A DNA stretch of 64,000 bases, from positions 31,930,001 to 31,994,000 of the forward strand of contig NC_135765.1 of the NCBI RefSeq assembly GCF_052425735.1, read 5' to 3'. The position numbers were made by a program, and so were the translations under genes. Positions 33,001 to 45,499 of this stretch are shown piece after piece (positions within the stretch are counted from its first letter, which is position 1; the number at the start of each line of letters is the position of its first letter). Below the pieces are notes generated by a model, which saw nothing but the letters and a program-made list of their open reading frames with translations, searched no databases and was not told the DNA's origin. Source of the stretch: Oculina patagonica. Lineage: Eukaryota.

Positions 33001-35114
33001 GACTCAAAGCCTCCAGAGAGTTAGAATTATTTCTCTGATTACCAATATTTCTATACTGTATTGAGTAACATCTACATGCCTTAGATATTTAAGTTTCCTC
33101 TTGTAAAATTTAACATCACATGTCTATGACTCTGTAATAGAGCCGAAATATTGTATTCAATCAAATTTTATTGTAAAAAACCAAAACTTGTTTATAACAA
33201 TGATTAAGCTTCTGGGCCTTGCCTTCTTTATGAATAATTTCAGGACAAATGAGAACAAGTCAATTTACTTTAATTGAAGGTGACTAACGAAGGTATACCT
33301 AGCACATGGATTTGAGATTAAAAAAAGTGAAGTGTAAAATCATCTCACTAACATCCCTTCCTACCATAAACAGGGACCTTAGGATTGGAGTATGAGTATG
33401 AGATTGAGTACATTGAAGTGTGACTTTTCAAACCTTGTGATTATACTCTTGTTTATCACATTTCATACCAATCTCATACCAGCCATATGTCATACATTTG
33501 GTCAACAACAAGGAGGAGTGAGGGCTCTGGGAATGTACCTTAAGGTTACTATTGTTAGCGGCTACAACTTTTTGCGAAATTTAGTGCTCGCTAAAATTTG
33601 TCTCGGTCAAATTTAATACTCGTTAAATTTAAGTACCTCCCCTTCCACCCCAAAGGGAAACAAAATAAGCACTGTCGAATTGAAATTTTTTTAAAAAAAT
33701 AGATGCCAGTAAATTTGTTCTTTCTGGCAATGCAAATGTTCACTCAGTTTCAAGTGAGTTGGTTCTTTTACTGGAAATTAATTTCTATCTTAGCTATATG
33801 TTTATTAAAAGCTGGTTTACACAATATCACTAAATTTTGCTCTGATCTAAAGGTCACTAATACCACCCTCTAAAACCAGGAAAGTGTATCATACCTGAAA
33901 AAAGTCAGGTCTTAACTCAAGGACTCTGTCTAAATCAGGCAAAGCAGATTTTGAACGGCCCATGGCAAGAAATACTGTTGCTCTCTTAAAATATGTTAAA
34001 AAATTATTTGGATCCCCCTCTGAAAAAAAAAAAAAGAAAATAAAAATGAATAACTTGATATCTTAAAATATAGTAGCAAAACACATTTGAGAACAAAGGA
34101 TGTGCAAATGTTTTTATAACAAAAGTAATATGTCTGTACATAAGTGAAGCTATTTGCAAATCAATTGATAAAACAAAGCTTGGCAAGTTTCTATTGGTCG
34201 CCATATAATTATGTTTCGCGCAATTTTTACCCGGGTAGGATGATGCAAGAAACAGGGTATATTCTAACGATTTGAGGCTTTTACTACTCTACTAATTTCA
34301 AATATATGCCACAAAACTGCTTTTGCTTAAAAATGATGCGGGTGTCACTTAACAACAATCTATAACAACAATAATGTGATTTATTTCGAGATGTATCGAA
34401 TTGTGACACACTTACGCGCAGCGCGCAGATTCGTTGAGCAAAATTAAAACACTTTTCTTCTAGCAATGCCAAAAATATTATCTGTTTTAGAAACATCTCT
34501 AATGTATACCGAGCTTCTAAAACGAAACGTTACGTTACATTCGCCGGTATAAACAAATTCAACTTTGTCCCAGATGATCAGGAACGATCGGGTAACACCA
34601 ATATTAGAATTTGATTATTGTTTTGGAAAGTAAATTCAGATTTCTAAAAATAGTTGTTTTTTTCTTTTAAGTCTTACTAATGCCCACAGCTGAAAACTAT
34701 GTGATGTAGAGAATTTTTCTAACCGGTAAAATTGACATCACGTAGACAAGTTAAAATTAAACCAATTGCAGGTTCAATTTACAAACGATTTTACTGCAAC
34801 AAATTCCACTCACCAACGGCTGCATGATAGTGGCCTAATGCATCACTTAACTGTCCAGTAGCTAGCAATTTCTTGCCTTCTTCTAGATGATTTTCAATCT
34901 CTGATGCCGAAAGTTTGCTGGAAACCCCTGCAAGACGAATTATGATTCACCAGGCACGTCATCGATTAACTCTATGTTCGATTCAGTTCGAAATCCTGGC
35001 CGTAAGGCCGCAAAAAGTGAATCTGTTAGTTTTGTAGGACTCACCGATTATCTTGAGTTCCAGGCTGAAGAAAATTAAATGTAAAGAGGAAAAAAGTTGG
35101 CCGAAACTACACAT
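26287..35114 (-). CDS. DNAJC3: DnaJ homolog subfamily C member 3 (P58IPK), ER-lumenal TPR + J-domain co-chaperone, multi-exon
   Basis: Exon 1 (35114-35045) gives the signal peptide MCSFGQLFSSLHLIFFSLELKII. Exon 2 gives GVSSKLSASEIENHLEEGKKLLATGQLSDALGHYHAAV, followed by TPR exons (KRATVFLAMGRSKSALPDL; ARLRRGNVLLKQGRLDEAHIDY). The J domain reads KQSQKRDYYKILG...SYRKLAVQWHPDHY...MFIDIAAAKEVLTDP. The last exon, 26417-26287, reads EKRAKYDSGEDPLDPEAQ...FKFHFN*. Confidence 0.92.
26595..26943. mobile_element. Harbinger-like MITE with CGCAAGT repeats, copy 2
   Basis: AGCCCTGGCCAAACGG / CCGTTTGGTCAGGGCT. Confidence 0.7.
27900..28179 (+). mobile_element. CCAAT-rich MITE family, copy 3 (inserted in another repeat fragment)
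   Basis: TAGAGCAGTTTACAATTGAGT ... ACTCAATTGAAAACTGCTCTA. Confidence 0.8.
32876..33231. mobile_element. MITE with long imperfect TIRs
   Basis: CATAAAGAAGGCAAGGCCGAAAAGCTTA...AAGTTTTGGTTT is mirrored by AAACCAAAACTT...TAAGCTTCTGGGCCTTGCCTTCTTTATG. Confidence 0.6.
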
Positions 35115-35215
35115 TTTCTGACTGACACCGGCCGATGTTTTGCCTTAATTTTCTGTTTCCCTCTCTGTTCTAAGGAAGTGAACCGCAGCTCATTTTCAGT
35201 GTTGGCGCACTCCAT

Positions 35216-35234
35216 CGTGGTCGCACCTGATTGG
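35216..35234 (-). promoter_or_regulatory. ER stress response element (ERSE, CCAAT-N9-CCACG) of DNAJC3
   Basis: The minus strand reads CCAAT caggtgcga CCACG, an exact consensus match, ~100 bp upstream of the DNAJC3 ATG. Confidence 0.85.
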
Positions 35235-36868
35235 TCAATAATTTGTACCCAGACTTCCAATGATATATCCGCGCGATTGCGCGCGTTATGCGCGCGTTGT
35301 ATCTTCTCGTCTGTTCCCCAATTAGTATTTTTATATTTGTATATTTATTTTAGTGTTCCCAATTAAATTTAGCTAAATACCCTGACACTTAAATAAAGTA
35401 AAAATATAATAATAAAAATGTAAAATATAAAATATATTTAGATAGGAAGGATAGGGGGTAGCCTTAGTCCAGTCCCTGAACTCTCTTTTACGCGCGCCTT
35501 TATATAGGGGTTGAACCCACAACCCCTATGTAGGGCGGGGGTAGGGAGAGTTCAGGGACTGGGCTAGCGTAGCAGGCGCCTGTGTAGATTTGGGCGCGTA
35601 TTTGGAAACGCGAAAGGCGAGAGACAGCCACGTGAGGGAAAGAGAGAAGGCCTCGCGTGGCCGTCTCGCGCGTTTTGGGTTTCCCCAACGCGCGCTCAAA
35701 AACTTCACAGGCTAGGAAGGGGGGTGAAAGGGTGGTCTTAATTTTTAATTAAAAGTATCCAAAAATTTAGTCTTCCTCATGGCCTTGTAAGATACTACCC
35801 TTCCGATGTATATTTTTAGTGTTTTTTATATTTTCTTTCCTTTATAGCCCGGGATGTTCCATCTCCTCGATCATCGTTGTTCAATTTAATTTAAGAGTAG
35901 ATAGGGTTACGCGTAGCTGTTTAGGGCTTGAATTTTAACTACATCAGTAAGGAAAAGCATACTGAAAATTCCTAGCATGATTAGAGTGAAAATGAGTACT
36001 TATTATTTTCTAGTCTGGATCAGATAACGCCTGTAATCAAATATTTATAGCAAGTTTCCTTATCAAGAATAGTTTTGTTACGTTTCTTGTTAATCGAGTC
36101 CAAAAAGTTTGCCCAGCGCTTTCTTTTTCGGATAATTTGATGCCCTAGTGTGTAAAGTTACACATAGACACTGTCTACTGCTTCCTTTAACCTTAAAAGG
36201 TATTCACTTACTCCGGATAAAGTTAGAACACTTGAATTCTTTTAGCCCGTTTGGGCACTTAACACGCGCGAAGTCGCGTAAACGAGCTCGTTCTCGTTCT
36301 CTCGCCTCGCGACTCGCGCCTGGCCCAAACGTGAACTTACTTGCAAGCTAGAATTCTTTCTAGGCGGAAACTTTTAATCCGTAAGGATGAAAAAAACTAT
36401 TTGTTAGCGGCGGTTTTGCAACTTATATTAAAGTTGTTATTACAAGAATTTTTTTTTTACAAAAGCGACAAGATATCCTGTATTAGCAAGAGAAAATGAG
36501 GGATTAGCTTGGTATTAGCTATAAGATAAACTTTATTCTAAGCCGAGGTCAACGCAACTAACAAGACTAGAAAATAGTGTAATATTTCTAAATACACTTC
36601 TACCATAAAGCTTACTGAACAGAAATTTAAACAATTATCTTTTGTTACTTTAAAGTTTCTGACAAGAGCACGTCTCTAATTAGTAGAAGGTCTATTTCTC
36701 CGCTATATGTCAAATGACTCATCGATTGATTATTTAGTATAGACTTTTTATCTTGGGAATCTATGTCAACAGTTTAACTATTTTTCTAATGTTTGGTGTT
36801 CTGACTTGGTAAAGAGCTATCAAAAACGCTCTGAAAACAGCTACATCGAAACCTATTTACTGAGTTCG

Positions 36869-38608
36869 TTAATTAATCCAGGCGTAGGAAAAGAATCCAT
36901 TCTCTAACCAGAAGTCGCACTGTTCCTTGTGGTATTCTTTAGCTGGAACTTCCACTCCACTGTCTGTGAACAGGGCTGTTTTGCTTGGATACTCTTGCCA
37001 CGATTCTTTTTTCACAGTTCCCTTCTTGATGAATTCGCCAAATTCTCTTCTAAGATCTTTCATGAAATTCTTGTCTTTCTCTGACGGCTCATAACCAACC
37101 TCACTCGGGAAGCCAAAAAAAGCCAGGAGGTCCCACATGTGGAAAGCAAACGTGGAGGGAAAACCGAATACGCCGGTGACGGGATTCGAAGGACGGTTGG
37201 TTACCACGTATCGGTAGACAGGGCTGTTTAGACCTTCAGATGCATTCTTCGCTACTTCGTTGTTTGGACAAGTGGTTCGCAGGTCGGATACCATAGATGT
37301 GTATGCGAATTGAAGATCTGTATTGTTGTACATGTTCAGAACCATATCCACTTTACTTGAATTGAAACCAAAACTACCCAGCCTGCTTTTAACGCGAGCA
37401 CGATATTCCACAAAAGCAGTGTTGTTGAAGACCACACTCGGGGCTATATCACTCTCTTGCGCAGTGGTTCCAATGATCAGCGGTACATCATAGGCCATTC
37501 CAGTTGCCATAGCAACAAGGGGTGGGTCTGACACGACAGTTTTGTCAACTACTGCAACTGCCCCAGCAAAGCGACCGTTCGTTGGCAGCTCCAATAGATC
37601 ATCCATTCGCCAGTTTGGGTACTCAGTCCATGGAATGGCATCTTGAATTTGTCTGGGACTCAGTTTGTACAAACACTGTCGCTCAGCTTCGAAGTCATTG
37701 TTGTGTCTCTTACACGAAGCATTTCTTAGAAATATTTCATTGTCAGCAGCTGCATCTTCCCATGTCTTGTTAAAAACGGCCGAGGCACTCATTACAATCG
37801 CTCCATGGAAAAGTCCAGTCGCATTAGGCGAGGCGAGCAATCCCAGTATAGACGTACCCCCTGAGCTCGATCCCATCAGAGTCACAGATTCCGGGTCGCC
37901 GCCAAATTTCTCAATGTTTGTTTTGATCCATTTTAATGCTAAAATTTGATCCATAAATCCATAGTTCCCCGAAGTATTTGTGGTTGAAGCATCTGCCAGC
38001 GACTGCAGAGCAAGAAAACCAAACGCATTGAGCCTGTAGTTGAACGAGACTGCCACAATGTTCATATCGACGACCATTTCCGGGGAGGGATGAAATCCGT
38101 TCCAGTTGCCAGACAGGTACAACAGGAAACCACCGTGAATAAAGACAAGAACGGGTAGAAGTTTACCTTTTGATCTTTCCTTTGGGGTCCAAACGTTGAT
38201 AAACAAGCAGTCTTCACTTCCAAGGACTTTTTCAGCGTCACCCGTCGTGCCAAGCACATCTTGTTGAGCGCAAATGCTTCCAAATTCACCTGCGTCAAAT
38301 GTTCCACTCCAACAAGTGTCTTTTCCACAAGGAACCGGGGGTTTCCAGCGTCGTTTTCCGCTCGGCGGTTCTGCGTAAGGGATGCCCTTGAAAACAAGTG
38401 CTTCTCCTTCTTGCCTTCCCCGAACAACACCAGCTTGAAGTTCTACCTCTACACTTGATTTCCTTGTGAGGAAATAAGCCAGGAGAGCCACTGAAACTGC
38501 AACAACAAGAACGGCGACAACTATCAATATAATTTTCCTCTTTTTGAGGCCTGATTGGCTTCCAAAGGATAACGTTTTGTCTGGGTTAGGCTCTGTGTCT
38601 CCCTCCAT
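36869..38608 (-). CDS. Intronless type-II membrane carboxylesterase (type B / COesterase family), paralog 1
   Basis: 579-aa ORF with basic residues plus a signal anchor, FKGIPYA.PP, SEDCLFINVWTP, HGG oxyanion hole, NYRL..FGF, GSSSGG nucleophile, GTTAQE acid and FHMWD His. Confidence 0.93.
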   Translation of the reverse strand: MEGDTEPNPDKTLSFGSQSGLKKRKIILIVVAVLVVAVSVALLAYFLTRKSSVEVELQAGVVRGRQEGEALVFKGIPYAEPPSGKRRWKPPVPCGKDTCWSGTFDAGEFGSICAQQDVLGTTGDAEKVLGSEDCLFINVWTPKERSKGKLLPVLVFIHGGFLLYLSGNWNGFHPSPEMVVDMNIVAVSFNYRLNAFGFLALQSLADASTTNTSGNYGFMDQILALKWIKTNIEKFGGDPESVTLMGSSSGGTSILGLLASPNATGLFHGAIVMSASAVFNKTWEDAAADNEIFLRNASCKRHNNDFEAERQCLYKLSPRQIQDAIPWTEYPNWRMDDLLELPTNGRFAGAVAVVDKTVVSDPPLVAMATGMAYDVPLIIGTTAQESDIAPSVVFNNTAFVEYRARVKSRLGSFGFNSSKVDMVLNMYNNTDLQFAYTSMVSDLRTTCPNNEVAKNASEGLNSPVYRYVVTNRPSNPVTGVFGFPSTFAFHMWDLLAFFGFPSEVGYEPSEKDKNFMKDLRREFGEFIKKGTVKKESWQEYPSKTALFTDSGVEVPAKEYHKEQCDFWLENGFFSYAWIN

Positions 38609-39600
38609 TTCAAGGGTGCGGTGCTCGGTAAACTATTTGTCCTTTTCCTTGTCCTTTCTTTATTTCCACCTTATAACTAAACGAAACCGGTAATATAATG
38701 CCGAATTCTAGTTTCAACACCACCTCTTAGCTTATAAGTAAATATGAGCATTGGCAGGTATAAACTTTGACCCGTCTCAAGCGCAATTAAAACACACTTC
38801 AATAATATGCTAATCAACAACTTTAAACTATCAATGAAATTCCCAGTTACAGATAATACTGCGAAACGAACCAAAACAATCAAGAATGGAATTGAGAAAG
38901 CAACTGTCAGACCAATTTTCCTCCTTCTTTCGGGACTTCAAATTATAAATATCCTGTGCTGTCTAAACAGTCTAAATATTTTATCCATTTCCTCGTGTCA
39001 TTTAGCTAATGCTTGATCATATAAAGATAATGAAAGTATGCTTAGAGCTGACAGATACACAGCGCCCGTTTATGATCCCCGTGTTAAGTTAATTTTGACA
39101 AGATGAACTATTGGTCATTTTTGTCAGTACTTGACTTGACGGCTTTTTTCTCAGACATTATGTAGTAGATAAACATTCTTTTACGCTGAAACTGTGCTAA
39201 GACGACAAGGGCCTCGTTAAAATTATTTTTAAATTTCCCAGCGGAAACGAACTGCAATTCTGCGTTTGTAATAGCTCAGTATAATAAATCCAGTAAGATC
39301 GTGATTTCCTTGCCGGGTAAAACTTCCTTTTTGGATGCTTCTTCATCTGTTCGTGCACAAGTTTTCGCACTCTATCATGTTTGCCCTTTCCCAACCCCCG
39401 CCCTCGACAGGAAAATATTTTGAACGTAAACTGCATGCCAGGGCAAGAATTCACGGCAACTATATATTATTTTATATTTATATTCAACAACTACGCACGC
39501 TGCCCATATATGGTCAAAATGTTAACGTTATCTGTCATCTGTAACTGTGCTCACATCGTGGGTGGCTCCTCCTAAAATGTTCTGCAATTGGTATACTCTT

Positions 39601-39928
39601 TTTTATACCATGCCATAGAAAATACAGCCAATCAGAATACAGGGATCAGAATACAGGAAAGCCGTTGTATATTCGACGGTATTCAACTCAACCTTCCCAT
39701 CGTGCGCTGCGATTGTATTCTCCGGACGAAATTTAGTAAGCGTATTTTCTATGGCATGGTATAAAATAGTTACGCAACACTTTCTCGTGGGATACTATGG
39801 AATATCCCACTTGTCACTTGTATTTTCTTGGCATACACACTCGCCTAAAGGCTCGTGTGTATACCGAGAAAATACAAGTGACTCGTGGGATATTCCATAG
39901 TATACCACTCGAAAGCGTTGCGTAACTA
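39601..39928. mobile_element. Double-hairpin non-autonomous element (possibly Crypton-like)
   Basis: The IR TTTTATACCATGCCATAGAAAATAC / GTATTTTCTATGGCATGGTATAAAA abuts a ~160-bp hairpin TAGTTACGCAAC...GTTGCGTAACTA. Confidence 0.6.
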
Positions 39929-40370
39929 GTATATATACCATTTTGCCAGAAATTGTACCCCTTTCGTATAACTTTTCATGAAAAAAGGTGCCCCTTTCAT
40001 ATACCTGAAAGACATGGTATAGACTTAAAACATAACGTTTTCTTGTCATTTTCAAGTAGTGCTTCATAAATTGAAATAATACAGCCATGAATTGCATCTG
40101 TTCGAAATATTTTAATTAAAGGCCCTTTCAAAAAACCTAAATGACAGGTTTCCATACCCTTTCGTATACCTATCCCGGGATCTATACTTGTGAAATCCCT
40201 ACCCTTTTATATACCTGAAGCCTGAAAAAGGTACCCCCTGCGGGCGGAGCCTCCCCGTATAGGCCATTATAGGGAGTAACCCCCCCCCCCCCCGGGATGG
40301 AGCCGGAACCAATTGTAGAATTGCACGCATTTTAGGCATCCTACTGATTAACGGTTACGGCAATTAGATA

Positions 40371-40830
40371 CAGTCGAAGCTCTCGTAAGCGGACACCCTC
40401 GGGACGCGAAAAAAGTGTCCGTAACTGGAGCTGGCCGCTTACAAGAATGGTTCTCGTAAGCGGTCACTAGAAGTGTAGGGTATAGATGGCCGCTTACGGG
40501 AGCTTGCCCAGCTAACAATAACCGGACGGACGTGGATGACGACAAAACAAACACTGAAACATTGTACTGTAGTTACTGTAAAATCATTGTGACGAACGGC
40601 GATGTGAAGTTGATTGTTAAAAACATGATATTGAGGCTGTTAACAGGATTTTCTTTGGGGTGTCCGCTTACCGGAGCTTAAAAAACAAAGAAAAGGTCTT
40701 AGTCGTAATCTCTAAAAGTGTCCGCGGCCGCTTACGGGAATGTCCGCTTACGAGAATGTAAAAATACAAAGTTTGTATGGGAGTTAAAACGGGGTTTCAA
40801 CCAAGGTGGCCGTAAGTAGAGCTGTCACTG
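40371..40830. mobile_element. TA-flanked Tc1/mariner-type MITE with CCGCTTAC repeats
   Basis: TA|CAGTCGAAGCTCT ... AGAGCTGTCACTG|TA, with multiple GTCCGCTTACG/CGTAAGCGG motifs. Confidence 0.65.
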
Positions 40831-42034
40831 TATTAAACAAAACAATTATTGCAGAAAATCGTCCGATTTTAGCACAAACTGCACCGTATCAGGCGATAAT
40901 TGTTAACTGTGCGAAAGTAAAGCATGTAAAATTTGTTGTTCTGGGTTGTTTGCTCTCAAAATACGATCCCCACGGAAGAGTGGGTTTGAATGTGTTCTGT
41001 TTGTAGCGGAGTTCCACAGCGGCCCGAAGGGCCGCAGAGCGGAGCCCCATAGCCATAGAAAATCTACAGAAATAGGAAAACCATGAACTTGAGTTTTCAT
41101 GGTCATCTTGGCTAGCGGCATGGCTAGCGGGCGCGTACGACGTACGTACGTCGTGCACTCTAAAAAAAGATTAACCCAGGAGCCTGGTTAACCCTAACCT
41201 CTTTGATACTGGGCATCCAAGTAATGGTTTTGACAGCTGTCAGTACAAGATGTCCGCTGACCAGTATCACGTGACCATATTGCGGGCTCAGGTGTATATA
41301 TCATTAAGGTCACGTGTTTTTTAAGTTGACCGCTGACGGGAAAATGGTTTTTCTATTTGATTGCGGGCTCAAGTCCTAATTTTTCCCCCTGTTTTATGGT
41401 CAGTGAATTCAGATATTTAAATAAAGGGCAAAGTAAATTACCCGGGAGCTCCGCTTTTAGGCTTGGCTAAATCTATTTAATAGTTTGGATTGGTGGGGGT
41501 CGTTGGAGTGGTGGTGGTGGTGGGGGGGGGGGGGGGGGGGTGAAGGTGATCCTATCCTTTTTTACTGCCTTGGTTTCTCTGGTTTCCCTGGAACTGTTTT
41601 CTGTTCACTGTTTCAAATTACCAGATCAATGATCTTAATTATGAACTTTATTATTGGTTATCTCATCCCCAGATCTTTTTCACCTGAGAGTGGGAAGATC
41701 TGAGTACGAGATTGTATTTTGATGTCCACTTGTTAAAAACCAGGTCCGCAATGGGTAAGTACTTTTGTGTCATGTACAGAAACCAATTTCGTTTGGTCTT
41801 TCCTGGTGTTGCGAGAACTGCTGTTGGTTAGTAACTTGTTATGGAGTTGGTATTGTTTAAAGAAAATGTCACATTTAACCATGTCCAAAACTGATTTTCT
41901 GAAGAAGTTGGTTTGCTGTGGAGCTGTTTTATGAAACCTACTAAATAACACCACCACCCTTTGACAAAGTAAATAGAAAAGTAAATGTTGCTAAAACAGA
42001 AGTTAGTGAATGCGTGACATACTGTAAACTACAG

Positions 42035-42178
42035 GCCCCAGTTGTTCAAAAGGTGGATAACACTATCCGCCAGATAAATGGTTCTCCAGTGGAAGCATGG
42101 TATGTTTTGTTAGCATTTATACACTGGGTAGCGATATATTCAGTGGATAGCATTATCCACCTTTTGAACAACTGGGCC
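42035..42178. mobile_element. Short palindromic Harbinger-type MITE with CAG TSD
   Basis: CAG|GCCCCAGTTGTTCAAAAGGTGGATA ... TATCCACCTTTTGAACAACTGGGCC|CAG. Confidence 0.75.
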
Positions 42179-43005
42179 CAGAACTATAGGACTGTGTGTA
42201 CACAAGTGTAAAATGCAGCGAGATTGCCATATGGATGTTGTTTGAGCGACAAGAATACAATTCTTTGATTGCAAAAATCTGTGTTCACTGGGGTACTGTG
42301 ATTTTATTGGGTGGGTAACATCAACACAAGCCTTTTGTTTTTCCTACAGCTAACTGACAAATATTATTTACAGCTTATCTTAGTCACCTGATTTGAATAT
42401 AAATGATATATCATAATTACTCATAATAATAATAATATTAATAATATATTTCTTAAAATTATAATTACTACTAATACTACTACTACAGTGTAGTAGTATT
42501 AAATAATAAAAATCGTTCAGAAGCAATTTAACATCTGTATGGTTCACCACCGGTTTCTGCAACTGAAGTCTCGAGGTGTGCCATCTCAATAGCTGTTACT
42601 TCAAAATCATATTAATTGAGTTAGGTGCAGGCACATGAGCTGAGCAGCATTTGAACAAGGGAAAAATTGGGGTTTATTGTGGCATTAGCCAACAGTCTAC
42701 AATATTATTTGACTGTTTTGACAACTGTGACTGTTTGACTATTTTTAATAGCAATGTTTTCACAGCCCCATGAGCTTGTTGTTGCCTCTCTTTTTGCCCT
42801 AGCGACAACAAAACTGCTAGCTACTACATTGTAGTATTTGCCATTTTTTTTGTAGTAAATTAGCTGGTGTTCAGAGACCCCAAATGAATAGTCAGTCATT
42901 GTATAGTATCTGTGGTATTAACCGAATTTTTTTGCAGTAAATTAGGCGCTTTTGAGGGACCCCCAAAGTCCCCCTCCTGAATGGTCAGTCATTGTATAGT
43001 TATTT

Positions 43006-44841
43006 TTAGTTTATCCATGCATATGGGAAGAATCCATTATCAAGCCAAAATTCACACTCTTCCTTGTGGTATCCATCCTCATCGAGAACCTTCACACCAT
43101 TGTCTGTGAAGAGTGCAGTGTTTTCAGGGTATTCTTTCCAAGAAGTATCTTTTAATTCATCATGAATAAATTTACTAAATTCTTTCCTGAGATCCGTCAT
43201 AAATCTCAGATCTTTTGACGAGGGAGTGTAATTGAATGCAGTCGGAAAACCAAACAGTGCAACAAGGTCCCACATATGGACGGCAAATGTGGCTGGAAAT
43301 CCAATCAAATTTATTGGTGATGAAGGCGAATTCGTGACCACGTATCTGTACACCAGACTATTAAAACCTCTAGATGCATTTAGAGCAAAAACATTGTTAG
43401 GACAATTAACGCGTATATCAGAGGACATAGATGTATATGCAAACTGAAGACGTGCTGAGGACCCATCAGGCATAGTTTTGTTATACATGCTCAACACTTC
43501 ACTGACATTGTTACCAACAAATGGAAACAGTTTTTCCTTAACATAGCTAATATAATCTTCCCACGTGGTATTGGCAAAGTTCTTTACAGGCTGAATATTG
43601 ATCTCTTGTGCTGTTGTTCCAATGATCAATGGCACATCATTTGCTTCCCCTGCCATTATAGCATTTAAAGGAGGCTTTGGCACAACATGTTTGTCAACTA
43701 CAGCAACTGCCCCGTCAAACAGGCCTTTGGTTGGTAAATCCATTAGATCTGCCATGGCCCAGTAAGGATACACATCCCATGGAACTGCAACCTCTATTTG
43801 TTCTGGACTTAATTTGTACAAGCATTCTCTCTCGGCAACTGAGCTGTTTCGCACACACTTGGAGTTTTTGACTAAAATTTCGTTGTCAAGAGCCGCATCT
43901 TCCCATGACTTGTTAAAGATCACTGAGCCACTCATTAGAATCGCTCGATGGAAAAGTCCTGCTGCGCCAGGTGAGGCAAGTAGTGCCAGCTCGGATGTAC
44001 CACCTGAGCTTTGGCCAATCAGAGTCACAGATTCCGGGTCACCTCCGAATTTCTTGATATTTGCTTGTACCCACTTTAATGCTAATATTTGATCCATAAA
44101 TCCATAGTTTCCTGAAGTTTTTGAGGGTGAGATTTCTGCTAACGACTTCAAGGCCAGGAAACCAAATGCATTAAGTCTGTAATTGAAAGAAACACCCACT
44201 ATATTCATTTTGCAAACCATCTCAGGGGGTGGGTGAAGTCCATTCCAGTCCCCCGAGGAATACATTAAAAATCCACCATGAATATAAACTAAAACAGGCA
44301 GTAATTTTTCACTGGGTCTTTTCTTTGGAGTCCATACATTAATAAACAAGCAATCTTCACTGCCAATGACCTTGCTTGGGTCTTTTGTATGCAGCACATC
44401 TGGCTGAGCACACATACTTCCAAATTCACTTGCATTCAAAGTTCCATTCCAACATTTATTCATATGTTCATCGCAAGGAACTGGAGCCTTCCAACGTTGA
44501 TTTCCAATTGGTGGTTTTGCGTAAGGAATGCCTTTGAACACAATGGCGTTACCTTCAAGATTCCCATGCACCACACCGGCGTGAATTTTGACTTCGATCT
44601 GTTGAGACTCGTCCGAAACAATTTCTTCATATTCCTTCACCTTTCGCGAGAAATAATAGTAAAGAAGGCCTGTGAGGATAGCAACAAACGCAATGGCTAT
44701 AAAAGCCAGTGTTATCTTCCTTTTCCTTCGTTGCTTGGATAAACGCGCGCCGGTGTTATTGAAAAGAATGCCATCTCGTTCCTCCATTTCGGTTTCCTCT
44801 TGCTGTGGGATGAAGGGCCTTGTTTCCTGCGATCTTCCCAT
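43006..44841 (-). CDS. Intronless type-II membrane carboxylesterase, paralog 2
   Basis: 611-aa ORF with RRKRK plus a signal anchor, HGG, GQSSGG, GTTAQE and VHMWD; ends WIN*. Confidence 0.93.
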   Translation of the reverse strand: MGRSQETRPFIPQQEETEMEERDGILFNNTGARLSKQRRKRKITLAFIAIAFVAILTGLLYYYFSRKVKEYEEIVSDESQQIEVKIHAGVVHGNLEGNAIVFKGIPYAKPPIGNQRWKAPVPCDEHMNKCWNGTLNASEFGSMCAQPDVLHTKDPSKVIGSEDCLFINVWTPKKRPSEKLLPVLVYIHGGFLMYSSGDWNGLHPPPEMVCKMNIVGVSFNYRLNAFGFLALKSLAEISPSKTSGNYGFMDQILALKWVQANIKKFGGDPESVTLIGQSSGGTSELALLASPGAAGLFHRAILMSGSVIFNKSWEDAALDNEILVKNSKCVRNSSVAERECLYKLSPEQIEVAVPWDVYPYWAMADLMDLPTKGLFDGAVAVVDKHVVPKPPLNAIMAGEANDVPLIIGTTAQEINIQPVKNFANTTWEDYISYVKEKLFPFVGNNVSEVLSMYNKTMPDGSSARLQFAYTSMSSDIRVNCPNNVFALNASRGFNSLVYRYVVTNSPSSPINLIGFPATFAVHMWDLVALFGFPTAFNYTPSSKDLRFMTDLRKEFSKFIHDELKDTSWKEYPENTALFTDNGVKVLDEDGYHKEECEFWLDNGFFPYAWIN

Positions 44842-45499
44842 ATCTGCTTCTTCAGATCACTTGCTAGTTTTCTAAATCGCATCTGGCTTATGATGTTAAC
44901 AACATACCGTTCAAGAAGACCGCAAAAGTATAAAACAGGGGAATAAACAAATTTACGCAGTACGTGAACGTTCGTGCGCCGTCACGTGTCTCGTGACAAT
45001 CTGTCACGTCAGTCACGAATCCTCAACGCGCGCGCGAAGCGGAAATTCCGCGCGCATCACAGGCTTCCCAAGCTCAAAATTCGTCTTTTTGATGTGTTTT
45101 TGAGAGCCCTTCGGGCGGCCGACACTACATACGTAGTGTATGCGACAGCTTGTGTATATAAAGAAATGTATGGGAAAATTACGGGTTCTCTAAAATCGGG
45201 TAAATAACTATATATTTTGAAATAAAGTTTACCTACCTCAAATGTGTCGCTTACTTGTGTCTTGTGCCGAATTTGGAACCATTCCGACGCCATTTCGCGA
45301 AGTTATTATTAGAAGGAGAGACAACGACGACGTTACTCATAAATTTAAATATTCAAGCGATTTAGTTGACCGCGTAATTATTGATCCCTTGCAGTTATGC
45401 ATGAATAAACAACAAAGGTATAAAAGCGTCAACTAAGACAAAGAACTTTGCACTTTGTAATCGCAACGCCATCTTGGTTGACATGATCAGTTGGCGAAG
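44842..45499. promoter_or_regulatory. Bidirectional promoter between esterase paralogs 2 and 3
   Basis: Divergent ATGs ~660 bp apart. CpG-rich core with GTCACGTG, TCACGTCA and GCGGAA; TATAAAAG at 45419-45426; CGCCATCTT near 45467. Confidence 0.55.

Noticed and set aside
35075-35215. Out-of-frame upstream ORF (MECANTENEL...) overlapping the DNAJC3 start
   Set aside because: Its ATG lies immediately after the ERSE, so it is probably upstream of the TSS. It cannot be called a uORF without TSS data.
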